DNA of 17,618 nt from an uncultured Deinococcales bacterium. GTDB taxonomy: Bacteria > Deinococcota > Deinococci > Deinococcales > JAAFIG01. The notes below the pieces were generated by a model. It was given only the letters and a program-made list of their open reading frames with translations, did no database searches and was not told the DNA's origin. Position 1 is the first letter of the stretch, and every line of letters starts with the position of its first letter. A program made the translations under genes and the position numbers. This document shows positions 8,478-15,354 of this stretch, in pieces. The stretch covers positions 1,823-19,440 of the forward strand of contig CAXTKV010000091.1 in NCBI GenBank assembly GCA_964244895.1, in the 5' to 3' direction.

Positions 8478-8519
8478 ACCGTCCAGCACGAGGTTTGCGA
8501 TTTGCGTGCTGGACGGTGT
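8476..8519. repeat. ACCGTCC-family REP-like inverted repeat (uninterrupted reference copy)
   Basis: ACACCGTCCAGCACG / CGTGCTGGACGGTGT perfect 15-bp arms, 14-nt loop. Confidence 0.85.
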
Positions 8520-8524
8520 GGATC

Positions 8525-9007
8525 TTACTTCTTCTCGAGCGCGAAGCGCATGAAGCCGCTGGTCGTGTGCGTGTCCACGCTGGTGAGCTTCCACATTACG
8601 ACGTACACGCCGGGCCTGATCGTGCCAGGTTTGACGTTGAGCGTCACGGTTTTTGATTCCGCCATCGTGCTGGGCGCGTACCCGGCATCCACGCGATCCA
8701 CGGTGTCCGTCTTGAGCGCCAGCATCGTGTTGGCGAACTTCTCGACGATATTGTCCGCCGCTTCGTCGGGCAGTTCCTTGCCGTTTTTCATGATGGCTTT
8801 CTCGTCCATCCAGTAGATCTTGAAGCTCGAGACTTTCGTTTCGACGGCCTCGCCGAAGGTCAGTTGCACAGTTTTCGGCAGGGCGCTCAGCGTGCTGCCA
8901 TCCTTTGGGATGCTGGATTTGATGTTCGCGTGCGCCAACGCGATCCCGGCGGTGACGGCTGCGATGACGGTCAGGCCGGCCAGTGCGATTCGGTTTTTCA
9001 TGGTCAC
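8525..9007 (-). CDS. copC: CopC-family copper-binding protein
   Basis: ALA-HANIKSSIPKDG, LTFGEAV, PGVYVVMWKLTSVDTH; start may be ATG 9001 given the AGGAG spacing. Confidence 0.9.
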   Translation of the reverse strand: MTMKNRIALAGLTVIAAVTAGIALAHANIKSSIPKDGSTLSALPKTVQLTFGEAVETKVSSFKIYWMDEKAIMKNGKELPDEAADNIVEKFANTMLALKTDTVDRVDAGYAPSTMAESKTVTLNVKPGTIRPGVYVVMWKLTSVDTHTTSGFMRFALEKK

Positions 9008-9033
9008 TCCTGTTGTCTGAAGGGGAATGCAGT

Positions 9034-9480
9034 TCAGTTGGGTTTATAGCGGAACACCAGCCAATCATCGGTGGTGTGCGTGTCCACGCTCAGCGCGCGC
9101 CACATCACGACGTACCAGCCGGGTTGCAACCTCGGTTTGAGCTTGACCTGAAGGCGCGCGGCGCTCGGAACGTCCGTGGCCAGGCCGTCGTCAGCGCGGG
9201 CGGATTCGTCCCCTTTTTTGTCCAGTACTTCGTCCATCAGCGCCTCCGCGTCCTTGCGAGCGGCGTTCGCGTCTGTCGGGTTGGTTTGGAGCCTGTAGAC
9301 CTTGAAGACTGAAAACTTAACCTCGAGCGGTTCAGAAAATTCCAGTGTGACGGTTTTCGTCAAGCTCGCGATGGTCTGCCCGTCAGCGGGTACGGATTGC
9401 ATCAGGTTGGAATGCGCCAGCGCGACCCCGGCGATGGCGAAGCTCGCCAGGATCGCACCGAGCGCTCGGGGCTGGATCAC
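9034..9480 (-). CDS. copC: CopC-family copper-binding protein
   Basis: GTG 9480 overlaps the ycnI stop (GTGA); ALA-HSNLMQSVPADG, LEFSEP, PGWYVVMWRALSVDTH. Confidence 0.9.
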   Translation of the reverse strand: MIQPRALGAILASFAIAGVALAHSNLMQSVPADGQTIASLTKTVTLEFSEPLEVKFSVFKVYRLQTNPTDANAARKDAEALMDEVLDKKGDESARADDGLATDVPSAARLQVKLKPRLQPGWYVVMWRALSVDTHTTDDWLVFRYKPN

Positions 9481-9938
9481 TTGATCTCGACGCGCGACGC
9501 GGGCGTTTTGCCTTTCGGGTCTTCGTCCGCCCACTTGACGACCGTGCCATCGGCGTAAGTCTGGTCAACCTTGAACAGCAGCGTGCCGGGCTGGTCGGGG
9601 TTCTTGGCGCTGAACATGAAGCGCGCGAATTCCTCGGGCTGAAGGGTACCCTTCCAGGTGACGGTCGTGATCAATCCATTGGCGTCTTTTTCTGTGCTGT
9701 GCGTCCAGCCCGGCAACTGTCCAAAGGTGGACACGGTCAGTCCGGCGGGCACGTACAGTTTGACTTCGGTGGTGGCCATCGGTTTCTCAACCGGGACTTG
9801 CAGGCGGTAGGTCTCGTACGCGCCAGCCTTCGATTCCGAAAGGCCGACATCGGTTCTGACGGTCGCGTGCGCCAGGGCAATGGTGGCGACGGCGGCCACG
9901 AGCGCGGCGCTGGCCGCGATGATGGTGTTTTTGAACAT
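9477..9938 (-). CDS. ycnI: YcnI-family (DUF1775) copper-binding protein, no C-terminal TM anchor
   Basis: ALA-HATV, LQVPVEK, PGW, VTWKG, FKVDQTYADGTVVKW; GGAGG RBS. Confidence 0.9.
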   Translation of the reverse strand: MFKNTIIAASAALVAAVATIALAHATVRTDVGLSESKAGAYETYRLQVPVEKPMATTEVKLYVPAGLTVSTFGQLPGWTHSTEKDANGLITTVTWKGTLQPEEFARFMFSAKNPDQPGTLLFKVDQTYADGTVVKWADEDPKGKTPASRVEIK

Positions 9939-10060
9939 GGTGTCCTCCGGGTGATGACTCGAGCATCCGCGCCCGGACGGTCAGTTTGAAGGCCGTCCTG
10001 CGCGAGCGATTGTAGAGATGGTGCCGACTCGAGAGACGGCGCGAGAACCCAGGCTCGGGT

Positions 10061-10501
10061 TCAGGCGTCCGTCAAACCCGGCGGTGGCGCTCGAGATTGA
10101 ACGCTGCCGCGATGCCAGCATTGAACGTGTAGCGCGGCGCGATCCGTTAAGCGCGCGACCATCCCGGCGCCCGAGGCTCTGGTTGAAACCGGGTCGGGTG
10201 AGCCGCTGACCAGCGCGGGCGCACCGCACAACGGGCAATCGCGGTGATCGTGCCCGACGTGATCACCCTGAGCGTGCGAAACGCTCTTCGGTGCTCGAGT
10301 CTGAACCCGCGCGTGATCGCGGTGGTGATCCGAGGAATCAATCAGCTCGAGGGCTGGTAAGACCGCGACCTCGAGCGTGACCGGGTCGCGCAACGCGAAG
10401 GCGCTGCTGGCCAGGACGATCAGCCAGGCGGCCAACCACGATCCCGCACGCCCGATACTTTTTTGGGCGGCGCGAATCTGGCGTGGCTTGAGCGCGATCA
10501 T
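10061..10501 (-). CDS. DUF2946-like leader protein (CruR/CutF-type) with CxxC and C-terminal RAPP motif
   Basis: Hydrophobic signal-like segment, His-rich stretch, DCPLC, ends QSRAPPPGLTDA; directly upstream of ycnI-copC-copD; TAGACT 8 nt before ATG. Confidence 0.8.
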   Translation of the reverse strand: MIALKPRQIRAAQKSIGRAGSWLAAWLIVLASSAFALRDPVTLEVAVLPALELIDSSDHHRDHARVQTRAPKSVSHAQGDHVGHDHRDCPLCGAPALVSGSPDPVSTRASGAGMVARLTDRAALHVQCWHRGSVQSRAPPPGLTDA

Positions 10502-10560
10502 GCTTCACGAGTCTATCGGGGAAACGGTGTGGAACCGTTAGGATTTTCACCTGTTTACGA

Positions 10561-10619
10561 ACACCGTCCCGGACGCGGTTTTCTGGTGTCAAGAGAACAC
10601 CGTCCTGGACGGTGTTCTC
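10561..10619. repeat. ACCGTCC-family REP-like elements
   Basis: ACACCGTCCCGGACG then GAGAACACCGTCC-T-GGACGGTGTTCTC (10593-10619, 13-bp arms). Confidence 0.8.
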
Positions 10620-10656
10620 GAGAATCAGGATGATCGACTCGCTCGAGACGCCACCC

Positions 10657-12213
10657 TCAAAGCAACAAACTGCCGCGCGCCTGCATCGGTTGCGAGAAAA
10701 TCAGGAGCGTCAAAGCCACGAACACCACGATCAGAATCAACTGCGGCGCGATGGCCACCACGTTCACCTTCAATCTCACGGTGCGCCGGTACGCGGCCCA
10801 GACGCCCGCCGCCAGACCCAGGTAAGACAGCGCGACCTGATAGATGAACGCCTGATCGACCCTGGAAACCGTCGGTGGGGGCGGTTGCGGCAGGTTGATG
10901 CCCAGCCTGAAGAGCGCGTTGACCGCGTTCGGCCAGAGCGTCGCGTAACCCGTCAAGAAGTGGTACAGGTAATGCCCTGCCCAGGCCGCCAGCGCGAGCG
11001 GCAGCATCACCGCCGCCCAGTCGCGCAACCTCGAGAAGCCCTGCCCGCCGAGCGAGCCGGACAGCCTGGCCGCCAAGAGCGACAAACCCACGCCGCCGCC
11101 GATGCCGACGGTCTGAATGATCAACAGCAGGATCGTCTGGTCGCGCGTGCCCAGCAGCCTGGAAAGCCATTCGGCCAGATTGAAAAAAGCGGGGATCATG
11201 GCGAACGCGTTGACCAGTCCCGCCCAGGCCAGCACGGTCACGAAGAGCGACCAGTCGGATTTCGGGCGCAGGGCTTCGGCCTCGCGGGTCGGGATGCGGA
11301 ACTCGAGCGCCACGTTGTCGTAAGGGCAGGCCCGAACGCAGTTCAGGCACAGCGTGCAATCGGTGTTGGACTGGATGGCGGGCACGAACAAGTCCGTCTC
11401 GCAGCCGGGGAAGGTGCCGTAACTGCGGGATTTGATGCTTTCCAGGCTCGAGTCGATGGTCGAGACGGCGCTCGGGGCTTGCAAGCTCGAGGCGCCCGCC
11501 GAAACCATCGGCAATTCCAGCATGACGTGATCGGCGCGGTGACCGAACAGTGGGGCTCTGGACGTGGGCGTTTCCACGCGACCGTTCAGGCAGTATTTGC
11601 CCTCGCAGGAGTTGCAAACGTTCTGGTCAACAGCCGTGATCTGCGTCGGGCTCGCGCCGGACAGCGCGAAATTGAAATTCCCCAATGGACAGACGTACTT
11701 GCAAAACGTCCCGACCGGAAAGATGGCATCCGTCAGCAAGGCCACCGTGAAGTACCCGATGATCAACCAGGCCGTCAGCCACGGGCTGGCCCACAGGCTG
11801 AAATGCTCGTAGCTGAACAAGAACACCAGCGTCAGTCCCAGCACCAGGTACTTGTTGCGCAGGACTTTCGGCCATTCGGGTTTGAAATTCAGTTTCTCGA
11901 GCGCACCCTTGATGAGCTTCGATGGCCCTCTGGTCAGCATCAACGGGCAGGCCGCGCAGAACAAATTCCCGAAGACCGCGATGGCGATGCCGACCAGCCC
12001 ACGGTAATGCACCCAGACGCTGACCGTGGCCACGTTCACCGGCGCGACCTGACGGCCCGTCATGCCGTCGTAGACGGCCAACATGGCGATCAACAACAGC
12101 GGCACTTGCAGCGCGAACCGGGCGTAGCGCCAGCGCAGGAACGCGCCCAGGAGCGGCGCGCGCAGCACGTCGAGGCGGCGGCGCGGCGCGTGCGTGGGCA
12201 GGGCGACGCTCAC
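10657..12213 (-). CDS. Membrane polyferredoxin / 4Fe-4S binding protein (NapH/NosR/CcoG-like superfamily)
   Basis: FCAACP and FCKYVCP (CxxxCP-type), CNSCEGKYC, CTLCLNCVRACP, many TM helices; start GTG 12213 (GAGGG RBS) or ATG 12246. Confidence 0.88.
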   Translation of the reverse strand: MSVALPTHAPRRRLDVLRAPLLGAFLRWRYARFALQVPLLLIAMLAVYDGMTGRQVAPVNVATVSVWVHYRGLVGIAIAVFGNLFCAACPLMLTRGPSKLIKGALEKLNFKPEWPKVLRNKYLVLGLTLVFLFSYEHFSLWASPWLTAWLIIGYFTVALLTDAIFPVGTFCKYVCPLGNFNFALSGASPTQITAVDQNVCNSCEGKYCLNGRVETPTSRAPLFGHRADHVMLELPMVSAGASSLQAPSAVSTIDSSLESIKSRSYGTFPGCETDLFVPAIQSNTDCTLCLNCVRACPYDNVALEFRIPTREAEALRPKSDWSLFVTVLAWAGLVNAFAMIPAFFNLAEWLSRLLGTRDQTILLLIIQTVGIGGGVGLSLLAARLSGSLGGQGFSRLRDWAAVMLPLALAAWAGHYLYHFLTGYATLWPNAVNALFRLGINLPQPPPPTVSRVDQAFIYQVALSYLGLAAGVWAAYRRTVRLKVNVVAIAPQLILIVVFVALTLLIFSQPMQARGSLLL

Positions 12214-12266
12214 GCTCGAGCCCTCGGAAGACCGTTCAGGACACATTTCGCTCGAGATAGAAAAAC

Positions 12267-12281
12267 ACCGTCCTGGACGGT
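12267..12281. repeat. ACCGTCC-family short palindrome
   Basis: ACCGTCC-T-GGACGGT. Confidence 0.65.
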
Positions 12282-12316
12282 CTTCAAAGGACTCCGACCT
12301 CGAGCGAACCCGTCAA

Positions 12317-12688
12317 TCACGGTTGCACCCCGAAGCGGTACTCACCCGACATCTTCTCGCCGTTTTTCTCGGCGGTCACGATCAGCACGTAATCTCCAGC
12401 CATCTGAAATTCCAGGTCTTGCGCCTGGTAGACGCCCTGTCCGATCTCCTGAGCGATGCGAAGCGTGGGCACCATCCCGGCGTGCGTCATGGTGTTCTGA
12501 ACGCTAACTTTCGCACCTGTCAACGGGTTGCCGGCCTGCACGACCTTGAAAATAAACGAGGTCGGGCCAGCCCCGGACGGCGCGATCTTGGTTTCGGGCA
12601 GGATCACCAGCTTGTTCGGGTCGGGCGGCGCGCACGCGACCACGACGGCGGCGAGCAAGGAAAGGAACAGGATTCTGAGCTTTGGCAT
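12317..12688 (-). CDS. YtkA/FixH-like lipoprotein
   Basis: Lipobox VVAC; PLTGAKV, MTHAGM, GVY...FQMAGDYVLIV. Confidence 0.85.
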   Translation of the reverse strand: MPKLRILFLSLLAAVVVACAPPDPNKLVILPETKIAPSGAGPTSFIFKVVQAGNPLTGAKVSVQNTMTHAGMVPTLRIAQEIGQGVYQAQDLEFQMAGDYVLIVTAEKNGEKMSGEYRFGVQP

Positions 12689-12758
12689 GGGTGTCTTTCC
12701 GGTGGGCAGCTTTTGGATTGAGGTACGCTCGCGCGCACCCGAGCGTTCAGATCGGCGT

Positions 12759-13268
12759 TCAGGCCGTGGCGGAGGGTTCGGTCGAATCGGGTTTGGGTCG
12801 CCGGATCAGCACCCAGGCCAGCACCGCCAGCGCCACCAGGATCGGGAAGGCCAGCAGCGCCAGCAGGAGCGGTGTGGTCGGGGCTCCGGCGCTGGAAGGA
12901 GGCAGGATCAGCCGGACGGAGGATTTGAGCGGCCAGTTGACGGTCGCCTTGGCCTCGAGCGATTCGCGCGGGAAGGTCGAATCGCGCACGATCAGCGTCC
13001 ACTCGCCCGCCGGGGCTTTCGGTAGGGGCGCTGTGTACTCGCCGTCCGCCGTTTCCATCAACGGCCCCTGGAAGGCGTCACCCTTCTGGTTCATCAGCAC
13101 GTAGGCCATGCGCGCGCCGTTGATCGGGTAGCCTTCGACGCTGCCTGCCAGCAAGGCCAGCCTGCCGGATTGCTCGAGCACGTCGAGGTTCACAGAGGTC
13201 AGGTGCGCGCTCGCGGTGGATGCCGCAGCGAAGGCGAGTACGGTCAGGAGTGCGCGGATACTACGCAT
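12759..13268 (-). CDS. Secreted Ig/YtkA-like protein with N-terminal His and C-terminal TM anchor
   Basis: ATG 13268; signal peptide ASA-HLTS; DGEY...AGEWTLIV; C-terminal hydrophobic helix followed by RRPK. Confidence 0.78.
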   Translation of the reverse strand: MRSIRALLTVLAFAAASTASAHLTSVNLDVLEQSGRLALLAGSVEGYPINGARMAYVLMNQKGDAFQGPLMETADGEYTAPLPKAPAGEWTLIVRDSTFPRESLEAKATVNWPLKSSVRLILPPSSAGAPTTPLLLALLAFPILVALAVLAWVLIRRPKPDSTEPSATA

Positions 13269-13452
13269 CCTCTGGAGGCTACACCAGCTGCATGAACCGA
13301 AACTGGAAAATACTTCGGTTTTCGATGAGTCAATGCGGTTCATCTGCCCTCTGAGGACGAGCATTCTTGAAGCTCAAAACCCGTGAGCCCTCGAGACCAA
13401 CCACGAAGGTGAGTTCGCGCTCGAGATATCCCGATGGCACCCGAGAACACCG

Positions 13453-13530
13453 TTCTTGCTCATGGGACAGCACCTCACGGGCTATTCGCGCTTCTTGCTC
13501 ATGGGACAGCACCTCACGGGCTATTCGCGC
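13453..13530. repeat. 39-bp tandem repeat x2 inserted in an ACCGTCC-family REP
   Basis: TTCTTGCTCATGGGACAGCACCTCACGGGCTATTCGCGC at 13453 and 13492, between ACACCG and TCCAGCACGC. Confidence 0.92.
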
Positions 13531-13577
13531 TCCAGCACGCATGCTTGAAAACGCGTGCTGGACGGTGTCGCCCGAAT

Positions 13578-14081
13578 TCAGGCAGGTTGGGCGCGTCTCG
13601 ACAGCCTTCCCAGCACCGCGCCCGTCAGCGCCAGCGCCAATGCCAGAATCACGGCCCAGACCGCGTACCCGACGGGTTGAACGTAGGATGGGACGGTGTT
13701 CTCGAACTGGTTGCCCAGCACGATCGGGGCGCTGGTTTCGGTCTTTTCCAGGCTGAAGGCTTCGCGGCTGATGTACCCGGCCTGCCCAGGGCCGACGCGG
13801 GCGTAGTAGCGCCAGACGCCTTCGGTCATCGGGGCGGTCGCGCGGTATAGGCCGGGGCTGGTGGCTTTGATCGGCAGGCTCAGGCGCTGGTTGAAGCCGA
13901 GCTTCCAGGCCCAGACCAGCAGCGTGTCGGTGGTGGGTTCATTGAGGCGGAACTCGAGTTGCGCGGTCTGGTCGGTCAGCATTTTGGTGGTCAGCGTGCC
14001 CTGGATCGCGCCAGCGGCGGCGTTGTTAAGCGAGCCAGAGAATCCGATGATGGCCAGTACGACCGCGATGATCCGTTTCAC
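13578..14081 (-). CDS. Secreted Ig-like protein with C-terminal TM anchor
   Basis: GTG 14081 overlaps the upstream TGA (GTGA coupling); MKRIIAVVLAIIG signal peptide; PGLY...EGVW; C-terminal TM. Confidence 0.8.
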   Translation of the reverse strand: MKRIIAVVLAIIGFSGSLNNAAAGAIQGTLTTKMLTDQTAQLEFRLNEPTTDTLLVWAWKLGFNQRLSLPIKATSPGLYRATAPMTEGVWRYYARVGPGQAGYISREAFSLEKTETSAPIVLGNQFENTVPSYVQPVGYAVWAVILALALALTGAVLGRLSRRAQPA

Positions 14082-15145
14082 GCGTTCACCCGCCCGTTCG
14101 GACTGACGCTCTGGCTCGAGGTCGCAGGTTCGATCTGCGCCGCCACCCGAGCCGCCAGCGCGCCCAGGAGCGCCGCCAGCGCCAGTCCCGCCGGAGCGCC
14201 GATGGTGAGCGCGTCCGCCGTCCAGGGCATCACGCCGTACAGGTTGACGGCGAAATAGTTGATGACCAAGGTGATCGCTCCGGCGACCAGCCCGACCAGC
14301 CAGCCGGGCAGCTTGCGCGCGACCATCGCGTCGATCGCCAACGCGCTCAGGATCAGCACGGGCACGGCGGGTTTGGTCTGTCCGGCCAGGTCGATGCTGC
14401 TGGTGTACGCCAGCCCGCCGAGCAGCCCCAGGCGCACCAGCGTGAAGATCAGCGCCGCCACGGTCGCGCTCCAGAGCCTGGGGCGCAAATAAGAAATCAG
14501 CGCCAGCGGAAAGACCGTCAATCCGGCCAGCAGCATCGGGTGGAAGTAAATCTCGAACTGCGTGACGTTGAACTCGTATTCGGCCAGCAGCAGCACCAGC
14601 GATCCGAGCAGCATCGCGGCGAAGAACACGGTGAACCTCGAGAAGAGCGTTTTGCGCGCGGCGGTATCCGCGATCTCGCGCTCCAGGTGGCTCGAGATCA
14701 GGCCCGCGAACGAGAACAGCCCGAATCCGGTCAGCCCGACCAGGTGCATTGGGCCCCACAGGGTCGCGTCCACGCCGAAGAACCGGTGCCAGAGTTCGTC
14801 GGCGGGCGCGAAGAACAGGATCATCGCGGCGGCCACCACGCCGACCAGCAAGCCCGGATGGAGCGATCGTCCGGCGATCCGCAGGTGCAGGTTGCTCTGG
14901 CGTTGGTCGCGGATCAGCCCGTACAGGCTGACCATCAGCACGATCAGCATGGCGCCGTAGATGAAGTTGTGCGGCATGGTGAAGAAGGTATCTCGGCCCT
15001 TGTCGATGTGCCAGGCGATGTCCCAGTTGACGCCGACCAGGCTGGACAGCGCCCCGAGCGCCATGGCGGGCAGCACACCGAGGTTCAAAAGGTCGCGCGT
15101 GTTGGTGTCGGGTTTCGAGGCGGGAAAGTGCGGGCTGGCCTGCAT
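14078..15145 (-). CDS. Polytopic membrane protein with two PmoC/AmoC-like DxxWH...H motifs
   Basis: AGGAGG RBS before ATG 15145; WDIAWHIDKGRDTFFTMPH and ADELWHRFFGVDATLWGPMH; about ten hydrophobic segments. Confidence 0.85.
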   Translation of the reverse strand: MQASPHFPASKPDTNTRDLLNLGVLPAMALGALSSLVGVNWDIAWHIDKGRDTFFTMPHNFIYGAMLIVLMVSLYGLIRDQRQSNLHLRIAGRSLHPGLLVGVVAAAMILFFAPADELWHRFFGVDATLWGPMHLVGLTGFGLFSFAGLISSHLEREIADTAARKTLFSRFTVFFAAMLLGSLVLLLAEYEFNVTQFEIYFHPMLLAGLTVFPLALISYLRPRLWSATVAALIFTLVRLGLLGGLAYTSSIDLAGQTKPAVPVLILSALAIDAMVARKLPGWLVGLVAGAITLVINYFAVNLYGVMPWTADALTIGAPAGLALAALLGALAARVAAQIEPATSSQSVSPNGRVNA

Positions 15146-15232
15146 AGGAACCTCCTGGGTTCTGGACGAGCGGTCAGTGTGGGTTCGAGTGTTCGGGCTG
15201 AAACGTTCCCGGATCTGGTTCGCCCCTCGAGT

Positions 15233-15265
15233 ATGCGAGTGTTTGCTCACGTTTGCAACTCGCAT
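15233..15265. promoter_or_regulatory. Candidate TetR operator 1
   Basis: ATGCGAGTGTTTGCTCACGTTT with GAG-N6-CTC core; flanking ATGCGAGT/ACTCGCAT inverted repeat. Confidence 0.5.
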
Positions 15266-15332
15266 TTTGTGGTTCCGACACATTCCAGGAACTTGCGTTC
15301 TGGACAGCATTTAGGTAGGCTCTGAGACACGA

Positions 15333-15354
15333 ATGCGAGCAAACACTCAGGTTT
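15333..15354. promoter_or_regulatory. Candidate TetR operator 2 overlapping the tetR start
   Basis: ATGCGAGCAAACACTCAGGTTT; its core GAGCAAACACTC is the exact reverse complement of operator 1 core GAGTGTTTGCTC. Confidence 0.5.

Noticed and set aside
10612..12507. 631-aa plus-strand ORF
   Set aside because: Antisense shadow of the polyferredoxin and YtkA genes; Arg/Gln-rich with no motifs, typical of GC-rich DNA.
14082..14759. N-terminal 226 aa of the 393-aa ORF 13578..14759
   Set aside because: Off-frame overlap with the PmoC-like gene; the real start is GTG 14081, followed by a signal peptide.
14078..15145. Calling this a true pmoC/amoC and the locus a methane/ammonia monooxygenase
   Set aside because: Similarity is only at motif level, the motif is duplicated, the protein is longer than PmoC, and no pmoA/pmoB is present.
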